Source: a virus (Duplodnaviria; Caudoviricetes). Taken from it: a stretch of DNA of 64,000 nt. The notes under the pieces are model-generated. The model saw only the letters and a list, made by a program, of their open reading frames with translations, ran no database searches and was not told where the DNA came from. Positions 9,301-19,688 of this stretch are shown here, piece after piece (the first letter of the stretch is position 1; every line of letters starts with the position of its first letter). Location: positions 6,115 through 70,114 of IMG/VR virus record IMGVR_UViG_3300031992_000084; one strand, written 5' to 3'. The position numbers and the translations under genes were made by a program.

Positions 9301-12300
9301 AGGCCGGAGGTCTTGTCGATCGCTCCTCTCTAAATGATATTGTTCGAAATGCAACAGGCGTCGACCTTCTGTCCAGGGCGATGGGCGGTTATTCAACGCA
9401 GATCGATCTTTTCTTGCCGCAAGCAGAAAAGTTATCTAGACTTTATCTAAAAATGGACAAGGCTCTTGTTCAAAACGACGAGGATTTACGCTCTCATAGT
9501 AACAATGTTGGAATTTATACGAAGGATTTGCAGGAACTGAAAAAAGAGATGGAACAGGCACCTGTTACCACCTTCAAGGAAGGTTCATATGAATTCAACG
9601 AGGCGAAACTTCGACAAAATATATATAAAATTGGAAATTTTATAACGAAAGAACTTGCAAAGTCTGATGTAAAGTCCGCATTTTCTAAGTCTTATGTGGA
9701 TGCCACTGCTGCGACAATTGATTTTGATTCGTTATACGAAGACATAAAAGGGGCACTGCACTACGAGGACCTTAAGAAGACAATTGACGAAATTAAAAAA
9801 ATGTGGATAAAGATGGCCCCGCAGGAAAGCGAAACCCGTCTAATCCGTGCAAAGATGGAGGAATTCGCAGAGGCCGTCCATCTTCCGATGTCAAAATTTC
9901 AAGGAAACTTGAAACAGGACGGACAAAGCCTTGTAGATTATACAAAGCAGATAAATGAGGCCCTTGAAGACGCGAAGAATAAGTTGAATTCAATGAATCT
10001 TCAAGTCCAAGAGGCCGCGTCTTCTGGGCACTGGGTGTATAAGGTCCCGACAGAACAAGAACTCTCTGACCAGAATGCATATATTATGGGTCTTCAGATG
10101 ATGGCCGATCTCTTGTCCGGATTGGCGAAGACCGTCACCCGTTCCGGCGGATCTCAGCCGAAGGACCCGTTCATCACCCTTATAGAGGAGCGCATAAAAT
10201 TTATGCAGGACTATAAGAAGGGCTACGATGATTTCTCCAAATATCTGTCCAAAGAAGATTCTTTGCAGAAGATTGGTAATATAATGCTCGGGCGCGGAAT
10301 GTCTCTCGGGTTGTCGAGAGATGAGCAGCAGGAGGCGGCCGAGAATTTATCCCAATGGTATTCAAGGACGATGGAGCAAGTAATGGACAAGATGCGAGAC
10401 GCTGGTATTAAAGGCGTGTCGGTTTCAGATTTCCTCGCCCTGGACATAAACACGAAAAATAGGGCGCAAAAAGATCTTCAAAAAGTCCTTCAGTCTCTTT
10501 GGGATGCCAAAACTGATTATGATGTTAAAGAAATGGCAAACAATTTCAAGAATGCCCTGAAAAAGGTCGAAGAAGAAGTGAAGCGTTCGGAAACAGCCAG
10601 AAATTTCTTCAAGGATATTCTGGGAATAACCGGAGACGAGATGTTTTCCGCTTCTCTCAGCGTCGCTGTATATGGCGGATTTGGCCACGATTTCAAGAAG
10701 AAGATGCAAGAGCAGCTTGATATTGCGCTTACTGGTTTGAATATGGAGAAGCTTGAAGATGGACTGGAAGAAAAAATAAGAAAAGCATTCAAAGAGCAAG
10801 ACTTTGATGTGATACGCCAGAATCTCAGCCATTTCAGCGAAGAGACGAGGGCCGTATTAAAACAAATTCTCAACGATGTTGATAGGTATAATGCCGGTCT
10901 CGAGAAAAAATTTGCAGACCTCGCCTCGAAGTCCGGCGACATTGCACAGCAGGAAGCGACAATAAAAGCGAAGGCAGAGATGGATATTCGTGACATCAAC
11001 GAAGCGGCCGATCGTGCAATCCAACAGACAATAAAAAAGGCAAACGAACAAATAGAAAAATCGCAAAACAACGCCGAGAGGAGGGCTATCGAAAATTACA
11101 GGGACATCGAGATTGCAAGGATCAATGAATACAGGAATCGTGCAATATCAAATGTTAAGGCCGGTGCAGAATATGAGATTTTCCAAAACAGCGAAGATTT
11201 TGTAAAGTATTTTTCGGAACTGAATGTCATGACCGTTGACACGGCAAATAATCTCAGATTAAAGTTGCGCAACGCATACATTGAAGCCGCAAGGGCTGGG
11301 AAGATCAGTGCTCGAGAATTGTATAAAGGTCTCCAGATGGTTGATGCGCAATACGAGAAACTGCAGGAGAGCCAGTCGCTGCTTAATGGCTATCTGAAAG
11401 AGGGGGCTGACGGTCTATTTAATAGGATGAAAGACATGGGGAACATCATGAGTTCCCTTAGCGCGAAATTCAAGGAGGGGATGAAGTTCGACCCGGACGA
11501 AGAGAAATTCCTTGATAGGATGACCCGCATTTGGGGGAAGAAATTCGGAGGGGAAGAGTTCAAGGGTGCGTCTTCTGTCAGTGATGTCATCCAGAATTTT
11601 AAGAATAACGGCAAAAGCATCGGTGACGCCGGTGCTGCCTTTGCACAGATGGGTTCCGGAATATCCGCCGCAGCCTCCAAGGCTTCTATGGTTGTTGCCA
11701 TCATCGACATGATCTTCAAGGCGATCAACGGCGCGATTACTGGAATACAGGAGTTTATCGACGAATTGAACCGCACGCGCTCCGAGGAGTATAAGGTGGC
11801 AGACGGGATGAAATATATGAGTGACATCAATAAATACATTTATGAAGGCTGGGAGAAGGTAAAGGCCGGCGATGTTCTTGGTGCCACGATGAATCTCGGT
11901 TCCGCCGTCGCGTCCGTGTTTAGCAATATCCGGGAGGATAAGGTTATTAAGATGAACAAACTGATCGAGAAGCAGGACGACCTTCTAAAAAGCCTTACCC
12001 ATTCATACAATCGCCTACAGGCCGCAGAAGAAAAGGTGTTTGGCGCGGACATCGTAACAAACTACAATCAGAGGCTTGACGCCCTTCGAGCAGAGGTCGA
12101 GGCATATCGTAAAATGGCAGAACTCGAGCGGCAAAAGGGGAAGGCGACCGACGAGAAAAAAGCACGCGACTACGAGACCCAAGCGATTGAAGTTGCGGAG
12201 AGCATCTCTGATATGCAGGATGAACTCCAGCGGAAATTCGCCGGTACGGACCTTGCGTCGTCGTCCCGTGATTTCGCGACATCTTGGATTGAAGCATATA

Positions 12301-12914
12301 AATCATTCAGCTCCACGACTGGCGCAATCAAGGAAAAATTCCAGGATATGATCAAGAATATGATAACGGAATCCCTTGCCGCGAAGGTTGTCGAACGGCA
12401 GTTGAAGCCGATATTTGATTTAATAGACGATTTGTCAAGGGAAGGTGGGGAATTATCCATGGTTGACATTTCAATTATTGCGAACAAAGCGAGAGCGACC
12501 AGCGACATCCTGAACAGCGACTTGACAAACTTAATGAACGCATTAGGTTCTGTCGGGCTTAATGTTCGAACAATGGGGTCCGGCCTTACAGGAATCGCAA
12601 AAGACATTCAGGGCGCAAGCGAGGAGTCGATTCTCGGTTTGGCGGCCGGCGTAAATACGCAGAACTTTTATCTTCAGCAGATTAACGCAAATGTCGGCGT
12701 TCTTGTGAGTGCGGTATCTGGTGCGTCTTCCGTGGCGCCGTCCCCGACGATAGGAGCGATAGCAGAAACAGACCCGATGCGTGAGCATATATCAAGCATC
12801 AACACAAATGTAATGTTGATTGCGGACAGGGTGTCTAGTCTTGAATCAACTCTTAAAAAGGTTGTTTATCCAAACGGCGTAAATTCTACGACACATTATG
12901 TTGCAATTCAGTAA
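6387..12914 (+). CDS. Tail tape measure protein
   Basis: 2175 aa helical; tape-measure domain FELQRVALGGIIQ...RLADVSAGLGVDMSRLVLAYGQV...GQELRQFTEAGIP. Confidence 0.92.
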   Translation: MAVEIPVIVDIESAFNDAASRVNTAIEPLQRKLSNEALNVQVGVRADDAGNKIPVLLRDIKDSGVNSMSVLSTAIDNVSRQLIKAAEASDKIKFTTLLEAKSYLDDMASGYSRARTEIDGLANSMQGLSSRLQAARQAMETTPIHSGEFKDVVKDYQAIVAEQDRLNQKIAEMGMKSGSIDKLSAKLSDLQKQWSALGSTQMFKSDGSLSTKAEKLQQEYAKISAEVERRNALLTETIKKQQELERTVAAEKKHQEELSMMARSMDDLNTKLRAWTQELNASDIDSSKWDTAAMKVAELSKQIRLVQESLRDYMLQTGSIDTVSEKLQRVNAQWNEMGARRKFVNGVSGELTAEAKAMVDKYKMLTSELNTNSLTLSKILQKEQQMASLIEKNARKRKYENAILNATSKSMMVLTEKERILSDRLNRAEIGSSKYNQLKNQLTAVRNEIDMINGKNIRGSIAEVNDELEKSNSRLGVLVKNALRLAALHSATSFIRNVREVTAEFELQRVALGGIIQDTQKADSLFRQIKAAAIKSPFEIKDLVSFTKQLSAYRIETENLFDVTMRLADVSAGLGVDMSRLVLAYGQVRAASVLRGQELRQFTEAGIPLVDLLAKKFGELRNETVSTAEVFDLISRRAVPFKMIEEIFNDMTSAGGTFYKMQEKQAETLKGQWMNLKDSVSIMYDEIGNTSTVNNAMTSMINFAKTIFSNWRSVSGILKAVGLQFVSFKLYSLFVNNLVKSTKLARQAAVAHSQAEALRARAVETGKRSFDRAARSMLIYEMYMRKAADAGNLFMRGYYQLMATLRGGKGLWGIALTAVTALAGALFAAGKEARQLEKDLAENTAKAETNVVSLQRNFARLSEKILKAGSGTAEQREALKELQRTYGDILPSEDLQIEKLRTMKGEYDQINQSIRDYIFLQTYQQNVETIESSFSSRIGKAQNKLQKAIINTTNFTRDEAIRIIDDIAKYSEAGGLVDRSSLNDIVRNATGVDLLSRAMGGYSTQIDLFLPQAEKLSRLYLKMDKALVQNDEDLRSHSNNVGIYTKDLQELKKEMEQAPVTTFKEGSYEFNEAKLRQNIYKIGNFITKELAKSDVKSAFSKSYVDATAATIDFDSLYEDIKGALHYEDLKKTIDEIKKMWIKMAPQESETRLIRAKMEEFAEAVHLPMSKFQGNLKQDGQSLVDYTKQINEALEDAKNKLNSMNLQVQEAASSGHWVYKVPTEQELSDQNAYIMGLQMMADLLSGLAKTVTRSGGSQPKDPFITLIEERIKFMQDYKKGYDDFSKYLSKEDSLQKIGNIMLGRGMSLGLSRDEQQEAAENLSQWYSRTMEQVMDKMRDAGIKGVSVSDFLALDINTKNRAQKDLQKVLQSLWDAKTDYDVKEMANNFKNALKKVEEEVKRSETARNFFKDILGITGDEMFSASLSVAVYGGFGHDFKKKMQEQLDIALTGLNMEKLEDGLEEKIRKAFKEQDFDVIRQNLSHFSEETRAVLKQILNDVDRYNAGLEKKFADLASKSGDIAQQEATIKAKAEMDIRDINEAADRAIQQTIKKANEQIEKSQNNAERRAIENYRDIEIARINEYRNRAISNVKAGAEYEIFQNSEDFVKYFSELNVMTVDTANNLRLKLRNAYIEAARAGKISARELYKGLQMVDAQYEKLQESQSLLNGYLKEGADGLFNRMKDMGNIMSSLSAKFKEGMKFDPDEEKFLDRMTRIWGKKFGGEEFKGASSVSDVIQNFKNNGKSIGDAGAAFAQMGSGISAAASKASMVVAIIDMIFKAINGAITGIQEFIDELNRTRSEEYKVADGMKYMSDINKYIYEGWEKVKAGDVLGATMNLGSAVASVFSNIREDKVIKMNKLIEKQDDLLKSLTHSYNRLQAAEEKVFGADIVTNYNQRLDALRAEVEAYRKMAELERQKGKATDEKKARDYETQAIEVAESISDMQDELQRKFAGTDLASSSRDFATSWIEAYKSFSSTTGAIKEKFQDMIKNMITESLAAKVVERQLKPIFDLIDDLSREGGELSMVDISIIANKARATSDILNSDLTNLMNALGSVGLNVRTMGSGLTGIAKDIQGASEESILGLAAGVNTQNFYLQQINANVGVLVSAVSGASSVAPSPTIGAIAETDPMREHISSINTNVMLIADRVSSLESTLKKVVYPNGVNSTTHYVAIQ

Positions 12915-12930
12915 AAAAAAATTATCTTTG
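12900..12930 (+). promoter_or_regulatory. Internal promoter, possibly leaderless
   Basis: (G)TTG 12900-12903, 19 nt, TATCTTTG 12923-12930; the ATG is only 4 nt downstream. Confidence 0.5.
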
Positions 12931-12934
12931 TGGT

Positions 12935-13429
12935 ATGAAACCAGAATGGATGAATAATCTTCGGCGGGAAGCCTCCTCGCATCATATGTGCGAGGAGAAC
13001 CGTCGTGCGCTAGAGTCCGTCGATACGCTTGAAAAAGCGATTTCTTTATACAAGAAAACGATTGACTGGGCTCTGGAAGAAGGGTATCCGTCGTATTCTG
13101 TTCTTCAGAAGCATTTTTCCGAATGCGGACAATATGGTGTGTTTGTCGATAAGGAATTCCACGGAGAACTGCTCGACGCTCAGGATGTATATGTGTTCCA
13201 CAATTGTCGGGGGCCCATAAGGACGGGACTGAATGTGGAAAAACGAATCATCCCGATGATGTATTTTTCTAACGGATGCGAGATGACCATTCTTGCAAAC
13301 GAGAACGAGCTCTGCGATATTCCATCAATGGTTCCTCTGTATATTTTTGGAGATGATAACCGTGTATTCCCGGATCGGCAGGCTGAGAGTGTAACATGGA
13401 GGGAATATACCTTCCCGTCAAAACAGTAA
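12935..13429 (+). CDS. Hypothetical phage protein
   Basis: 164-aa ORF between tape measure and distal tail genes, with its own promoter. Confidence 0.7.
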   Translation: MKPEWMNNLRREASSHHMCEENRRALESVDTLEKAISLYKKTIDWALEEGYPSYSVLQKHFSECGQYGVFVDKEFHGELLDAQDVYVFHNCRGPIRTGLNVEKRIIPMMYFSNGCEMTILANENELCDIPSMVPLYIFGDDNRVFPDRQAESVTWREYTFPSKQ

Positions 13430-13433
13430 ATAT

Positions 13434-13817
13434 ATGGAAGATCATAGCGCGCTCATACAGATACTCCAAGGGTTTGTTCTCCCGATTATAACCGCAATAA
13501 TAGGCTGGTTTGCAAAGGTTTTTCGAGATCGGCAGAAAAAAGAAAAAGACATTCTTTCCAATGTGGAGCAGATTCTACAGATTCAAAAAAAATATATCGA
13601 AGAGCAAAAGGACACGATTATTGAATCAAATAACATAAATAAGAGGCTTGAGGCAAAATTGGACAAAAAAAACCGTTCCATTCGCCGAGCCAATTGGTGC
13701 AAGCACACAAATGATGGCGATGGATGCCCCGTTTTGAATGAAGAAGAGAAGAACGACGACACTGTTCCATCATGCGACACATGCAAATATAATTCCGATA
13801 AAAATGCTCAGGAGTAA
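13434..13817 (+). CDS. Single-TM coiled-coil protein (holin/antiholin-like)
   Basis: N-terminal TM (FVLPIITAIIGWF), coiled coil, Cys-rich C-terminus. Confidence 0.5.
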   Translation: MEDHSALIQILQGFVLPIITAIIGWFAKVFRDRQKKEKDILSNVEQILQIQKKYIEEQKDTIIESNNINKRLEAKLDKKNRSIRRANWCKHTNDGDGCPVLNEEEKNDDTVPSCDTCKYNSDKNAQE

Positions 13818-14289
13818 ATTAAAAATCGGCGACGGAGAGTACCGCGACTCTACCGAATACGGGCTTGTTTATCTTGACTCTGATAAACGGGTCGGCGGTC
13901 CGACACGGCAATTCGAGGCCGTGTCGTATCCAGAGCGTGACGGAGAGGAAATTCTGGCAAAAAGCGTATTCGCCCCGTTTGATTACAAGGTAAAGTTCTT
14001 TATCCAGGCGGATTCCGTGGATTCGGCGAACGACATCATTTCAGAATTCAATTCCGGATTATATGAAGAAGATGCAGAGGACTCTGATACGGATGTTAAG
14101 ACATTCAAGCAGGTAGAGTTTGTTAATTTATACAAGAGGCACAAAATAGCCGGCACCCCATATCCGATTGATCTTGCGACGGAGTTTTGGCGAGACCCGA
14201 CCGGGCGCGTAAACGATATTGTTGTCGTAGAGTGGGTAATCCGTGTATCAAAGCCGCAAGATTGTGATTTTAATTATACAGAGGAATGA
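13804..14289 (+). CDS. Distal tail (Dit-like) protein
   Basis: Start MLRSKLKIGDG at 13804; motifs YPERDGEE and FDYKVKF; precedes the tail tip gene. Confidence 0.6.
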   Translation: MLRSKLKIGDGEYRDSTEYGLVYLDSDKRVGGPTRQFEAVSYPERDGEEILAKSVFAPFDYKVKFFIQADSVDSANDIISEFNSGLYEEDAEDSDTDVKTFKQVEFVNLYKRHKIAGTPYPIDLATEFWRDPTGRVNDIVVVEWVIRVSKPQDCDFNYTEE

Positions 14290-17200
14290 TTAACGACATA
14301 AAGGAAATAAACTTCCCGAGTTATGCGACCATATCAAGCGCGACGGCAACGATCGAGAATATGGGCGACAGAAGCATTAATGCGACAGTGAAGATTTACG
14401 GGCAGAAAAAGCCCGACTTCTCTGGGCCGTGGGAAGTTGAGTTCCTCGGGGACAGATATATACAACCACTTCTAGAGCCGCAGGCCTCGAAGGACAACAC
14501 TTCGCTTAACTCGACGATTGAGCTGACATTCCAACACTGGGCTATCTATCAGATGAAAAGATATATGTTCGTAGCCCTCGCTAATGTTGAGTCCGGAACG
14601 CCAATTGCGGACAAATACATCGTCCCTCTCGGTCTTTCCCTTCCGGAATTCGCAAAGGCATTCGACGATGTACTGAGATTCTATTTCCCGGATCGTTCTA
14701 TCTATGTGTATGTGCAGGATAACAGTTATATCAATCCGTCCTTTACGGATTATGATCCGCAAAGGAAATATTTAGAAATCAGTTACACATACATCTGGGA
14801 GGTTCTGCAGAAAACATACGAATTATATAATTGCTGGTGGACGATTGAGCGCGACCAGCAGGGGAAATATGCGATAAAATTCGGGTATCCTGTAGCCGAG
14901 CACGATAATATATTTACATATGACGAGGCGGACGGGGGGCTCGTGAAAATCGAGCGACAGGTACAGGATGCAGACATCCGTAACCAACTTCTTGGTAGAG
15001 GCGGGAATAAGAATCTCCCGTATATGTATTTTAAGGACTACGAGAAATTCCATCCCAATAGCGACAGTGATGCGTATCAAAACATTGGGCTCCCGGATCC
15101 GGACGCAATCCCGGAGTTGGAAAACATTTTCTTTTCCGAGTTGCGGGACTTGAATTTCCGTTCATATGTCCAGGGGTGGCTTGTAAATCCGAGCCCTCAC
15201 AGAATAACAAGCACCGCTGATGGATGGTCCGTGACCTGGAACCAGGAGGCGACCATATTTACTGAATCTGACGGCACCGTACACGAGAAAAACGCAGAGA
15301 GGATGGAGTCCGATTGGGCATACGCGAAGGGTGCGACGGATGAATACTTTGACCCCGTCGAGTTTGTCAAGGATGACGAATCCATCGAAAAATATGGACT
15401 TCTACAGGGCGGCCTTGATAACAACGAGGAAATATTCCCGTCATTACAGGGGATGACGCTGGAACTACCGTGCATCATCGACGGGCACAATGGGCATCGT
15501 GTACAGACGAGGGTTGATGAGGTTGTCGATGTAGAGCCCGTAATTACGGACGACATAGAAAAGAATAGCGTGCTCGGGGAAATTCCGACATTCAAGGAGG
15601 AATATAAGTCTGATAGCGCAAAGAGCACTCCGCGCGTCAAAAAAAAGAAGAACGACGGAGAGCAAATTGATGTCACTTTTTATGACATCGGGATAGTAGA
15701 ATGTCAGACCCCTGTGTTTGATATAGAAACTGACTTCACGGCGAACTTTATTACGAAGCCCACAATTTCGAGCCGGGTTTCATATCAGGTCGAGTATTAC
15801 CAGACCATTATGAATATGAGCGCCCCGGCTGGAGGATGGCCTCATATGATGTCAGGAATCTATCAGCATGACTTCGACGCAGAACTTGTAGACTATGATG
15901 TCTATGACGCAAACACTGGCGAGAAATTACAGTCCGTTACAAATCTTCCATCCGGGAGTTATTATATTCGGGCGAGGATAAATGTTAAGAACAAAGATCT
16001 TCGGCTTCGAGCAAAAAAAGTATATAATGGATATCAGTTCTTATCGGATGTTCACTTCCGGGATTGCTATACAAGATTTACGATTGTCTGCGATTTCTAT
16101 AAGTTTAATGGAGAGATCATACCCAATCGTATTGGAACGAATCCGATATCTGAAACAAAGACTATAGCAAAAGGGGAAACGGCGTCATTCCATCTTATCG
16201 GAACAGAGTTTGAGGTCCCTGAGTCTGGAGCCCTTTACATTGATCAGCAGGTATATCTTGACCCGAACGAATTCACGGAATACGAGAAAACAATCAAAAT
16301 TCTCGACATGTCTTCCGGAGAGGTATTGCCCATTACTTCATTGAATCCGGGAAACTATAAGGTCGTGGTTGATGTTATTGTAAGAAATGTGGGCACAGAC
16401 CAAAATCAACGGACTTTTACCGTGTCTCTTGCGCCGGCATTTCTATATTACAATATGGAATATGAGGGATGGAAGCCTACATTCGACATCTGGATAAAGA
16501 ATGTATTTGATACGAGCCGTGGGGATTATTCCGCAGATGACGAGTATGTTTTAGGCGTGTGGGGGCCGCTGGTTACGACGCAGAAGATGGCCGTCACATT
16601 TGCGACCGGGAACCTGTCAGGTCACAGTGATTGGGAGTTTCTTGTTGCAGAGGACGGGATCCATTATGACAACAGCAAGACGCTTGTCATCACAGACGAC
16701 GAGGGCGTGGAGCACGAGGTACGCTCCGAGTGGCGGCTTACGCTCATTAAGAGTGATGCCGAGGCGGACTCTATTCACAAATATGTGCCGTATAAAGATT
16801 TTAATGCGGCCAAATATGATCTGTTCTATTTCACGAACATTTATCTCCCTTGGGCTTATGTGTTCGCGGCGGAAAGGCGACTGAATGAATACAAGGAGGG
16901 TCAGCTTGATAAGACGAAAAACATTGACCCTACATGGATTATCGGGCTGAACAAGATTTGGGCGAGCAGACACGGGAACGGGGATATAATGAATACTATA
17001 TCTGTCGGAGACAAAATCACGCTGAAGGACAAACGATTTATTCGGCAAACCGGCATCCAGATGATCGTCAAGTCAATGTCAATAACATGGGGCGAGATTA
17101 CGGAGCAGGGGATAGGTCTACCGGATATCGAGCTTGTCCTGTCTAACAAGATAGAAACATCACAGTCAACAATAAAGAGGATTTCTGGCGAGGTCGAGGA

Positions 17201-18935
17201 ATTGTCCGCAAAGGTGAGCGGTTTCTCAAACCTGGAACGGCAGATACGAGGCGTGTGTGATGCAGTATATCTGCGAAAAGACGGATTTGAGGACACATCA
17301 TACTCTCCGACGAGAATGGCGAAGGACATACAATCTGAAAACTTCAGGCACGGTCTTGTCGGTGGAGAGGGGTGGTCAATTGATGTGAATGAAGACGGCG
17401 TTTCCGTCCTAGAAGTGGACCGGGTAAATGTCCGCCAGGAAATGAATGTGGGGAACATTGTCGTCAATCAGATAACATCAATTGGAGGGAAGGAGATTCT
17501 CTCTGCGGCAAGCATCATTATCAGCAATGTGGAGCCGATCGGGAACACGGACGATGAGGATCTTGTCATGTGGAAATGCTACTTTGATACAAGAGATGGG
17601 AGCGTAGCAAACATGTTTGTCGCCGGGGATATCGCGATGTCGCAGGTGTTTGACGAGGAACAAGTTCAATTAAAATACTATCGGTGTGAGGTCTATGAGG
17701 TCGGGCCGGATTATATTATACTTAATTCAAAAAACAAAAGCGGTCTTGGCGATCCGTCCGTTGGAGATGTTGTCGTGCAGTATGGCAATATCAACGACAC
17801 GGACAGGCAGAGCGTAATTGTAAGAAATGTTATAGGGAACGGATACGAGCAAATGATTTCCGGTCTGAACTCGACCACATCTAACGGACAGGTATACTAT
17901 TTTGCCGGGAGCCTATACGGAGATCCTTTCTTCTTTGTCGGGGACGCAAGCCACTATGTAAACTATGAGGACGGAGAACTTGAGATTAAGGCGAAAGTAA
18001 AGATTCTCCCAGGATCCGATGGCGCCGACAACATTATACCGTGGGCGACAACCGATACAACTGGGGCCACGACAACGATCGCCGGAGGCGCAATTCTGTC
18101 AAACATTATCGGTGTTTCTGACGAGAACGAGGATATGGTTGCCGGGATGAACGCATCAGACAACTGGGAGGACCCCACACACGGAAAACTCGCGTTCTTC
18201 GCCGGAACGGATGAAAACACGGAACCGGATGATGCCGCATACAAGGTTTATGCGGACGGGACAGTCGTGGCAAATAAGTTGATCGCGAACAATGCGGATG
18301 TAAACGGCACGATTGTTTCCGGCAACGGAAACATCGGCGGATTCGCGATATCTTATTCATCGTTACAGGCTTCTGAGTCTTATTCTTCCCTATATCTGTC
18401 TAGCGGGCTTCTACACTTCAGTAACACTGACACAAAGGTGGATGCGTTCATTGGAGACAATATCTTCCCGGCCCAGGTCGGTGGATGGACCGGAGCGATA
18501 CGGGCCGACATTAATGACGGCGACCCGTACAATTACGGGAACGAGAATGTCGGTGCCTACTTTGATATTCAGGGGACAAACAGAAAGAACAGCGGAGTTT
18601 ATGTAGCGCACGGAATGTTTTCCGGATTACGGCCCAGAACAAAGGTAATAAACGGGAATTCCACTCTTTCGGAAGTCGATTTTACCGTTATTGTTAACAA
18701 TAATGCGACTATAAAACTCCCGTCAAACCCGCAGGGAGGACAGACATATTTGGTGTTTATCGCAGACCGATATAGCGTGACATTCGATGGAAACGGCAAA
18801 AACATCAAAAGGGTTCGAGAAAGCGGTACGACTATCGCACCGACGCAGGGCCACACACAAATTAGGGGAGCAGACATGCTTGTCTTTGACGCAGATTCAG
18901 ATATGTGGATAATGTCAGGATATAATGGCTCTTAA
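14286..18935 (+). CDS. Tail tip / baseplate hub protein with C-terminal receptor-binding extension
   Basis: 1549 aa; N-terminal IENMGDRSINATV and IRNQLLGRGGNKNLPY motifs; C-terminal beta-rich region. Confidence 0.75.
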   Translation: MINDIKEINFPSYATISSATATIENMGDRSINATVKIYGQKKPDFSGPWEVEFLGDRYIQPLLEPQASKDNTSLNSTIELTFQHWAIYQMKRYMFVALANVESGTPIADKYIVPLGLSLPEFAKAFDDVLRFYFPDRSIYVYVQDNSYINPSFTDYDPQRKYLEISYTYIWEVLQKTYELYNCWWTIERDQQGKYAIKFGYPVAEHDNIFTYDEADGGLVKIERQVQDADIRNQLLGRGGNKNLPYMYFKDYEKFHPNSDSDAYQNIGLPDPDAIPELENIFFSELRDLNFRSYVQGWLVNPSPHRITSTADGWSVTWNQEATIFTESDGTVHEKNAERMESDWAYAKGATDEYFDPVEFVKDDESIEKYGLLQGGLDNNEEIFPSLQGMTLELPCIIDGHNGHRVQTRVDEVVDVEPVITDDIEKNSVLGEIPTFKEEYKSDSAKSTPRVKKKKNDGEQIDVTFYDIGIVECQTPVFDIETDFTANFITKPTISSRVSYQVEYYQTIMNMSAPAGGWPHMMSGIYQHDFDAELVDYDVYDANTGEKLQSVTNLPSGSYYIRARINVKNKDLRLRAKKVYNGYQFLSDVHFRDCYTRFTIVCDFYKFNGEIIPNRIGTNPISETKTIAKGETASFHLIGTEFEVPESGALYIDQQVYLDPNEFTEYEKTIKILDMSSGEVLPITSLNPGNYKVVVDVIVRNVGTDQNQRTFTVSLAPAFLYYNMEYEGWKPTFDIWIKNVFDTSRGDYSADDEYVLGVWGPLVTTQKMAVTFATGNLSGHSDWEFLVAEDGIHYDNSKTLVITDDEGVEHEVRSEWRLTLIKSDAEADSIHKYVPYKDFNAAKYDLFYFTNIYLPWAYVFAAERRLNEYKEGQLDKTKNIDPTWIIGLNKIWASRHGNGDIMNTISVGDKITLKDKRFIRQTGIQMIVKSMSITWGEITEQGIGLPDIELVLSNKIETSQSTIKRISGEVEELSAKVSGFSNLERQIRGVCDAVYLRKDGFEDTSYSPTRMAKDIQSENFRHGLVGGEGWSIDVNEDGVSVLEVDRVNVRQEMNVGNIVVNQITSIGGKEILSAASIIISNVEPIGNTDDEDLVMWKCYFDTRDGSVANMFVAGDIAMSQVFDEEQVQLKYYRCEVYEVGPDYIILNSKNKSGLGDPSVGDVVVQYGNINDTDRQSVIVRNVIGNGYEQMISGLNSTTSNGQVYYFAGSLYGDPFFFVGDASHYVNYEDGELEIKAKVKILPGSDGADNIIPWATTDTTGATTTIAGGAILSNIIGVSDENEDMVAGMNASDNWEDPTHGKLAFFAGTDENTEPDDAAYKVYADGTVVANKLIANNADVNGTIVSGNGNIGGFAISYSSLQASESYSSLYLSSGLLHFSNTDTKVDAFIGDNIFPAQVGGWTGAIRADINDGDPYNYGNENVGAYFDIQGTNRKNSGVYVAHGMFSGLRPRTKVINGNSTLSEVDFTVIVNNNATIKLPSNPQGGQTYLVFIADRYSVTFDGNGKNIKRVRESGTTIAPTQGHTQIRGADMLVFDADSDMWIMSGYNGS

Positions 18936-18947
18936 AATTATAGTATT

Positions 18948-19622
18948 ATGTTAAAGGCTGAAATTAAAAATGGAGTAATCACAAACCTTCGACCGGAAGA
19001 TGTCGTTGTTCATCTTGACGGAGGACACGGGACTCGCTTATACAATTCGGTGAACAAGTCGCCGGATGGTCGCTACTACGAGGGCGAATTCTCTCGGCTT
19101 ATGGTGAAGAAGGTCTCCGCCGCCCTCAAGGAGATGGGATTCGGAGTATTCATCGTAACGCCGGAGGATAATGACATCTCGCTCCCGGAGCGGTGTCGCA
19201 GGGCGAATGCCTACATGAAGGAACACCCGGAAAAGTATCACATCTTCATCTCATTCCATTCTGATGCTGAACCAAAAGCAACGCTCGACAAGGACGGGTG
19301 GGGGAACGCACGAGGTATGGGCGTCCATATCGCGCCGAATGCAAGCGAGGCAAGCAAGATTTTCGCCGGTAATGTCTACGACGCCGCGATGGCTATGGGC
19401 CTGAAGGGCAATCGCTCCGGAACCGGCCCGAAGGTCAATCCGTGGACGGTCATCACCGACACGAAGATGCCAGCCATCCTTACCGAGAGCGCCTTCCACA
19501 CCAACAAGCAGGATGTAGACTATCTTTTGAGCAAGAATGGCCAGGAAAACATCGTCAACTATCATATTGCTGGCATCAGCAAGACATTCGACATCCCTTA
19601 CTCGCTCTGCGTTGCGAAGTAG
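18948..19622 (+). CDS. Endolysin, N-acetylmuramoyl-L-alanine amidase (Amidase_3)
   Basis: Zn/catalytic motifs LDGGHG, EGEF, SFHSDA, AILTES. Confidence 0.88.
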   Translation: MLKAEIKNGVITNLRPEDVVVHLDGGHGTRLYNSVNKSPDGRYYEGEFSRLMVKKVSAALKEMGFGVFIVTPEDNDISLPERCRRANAYMKEHPEKYHIFISFHSDAEPKATLDKDGWGNARGMGVHIAPNASEASKIFAGNVYDAAMAMGLKGNRSGTGPKVNPWTVITDTKMPAILTESAFHTNKQDVDYLLSKNGQENIVNYHIAGISKTFDIPYSLCVAK

Positions 19623-19688
19623 GTGCGAGAAAACTGCGAAGTTGATAGATAACGAAATATAAATCAACAGTATAAGCATTGCGAAGTA

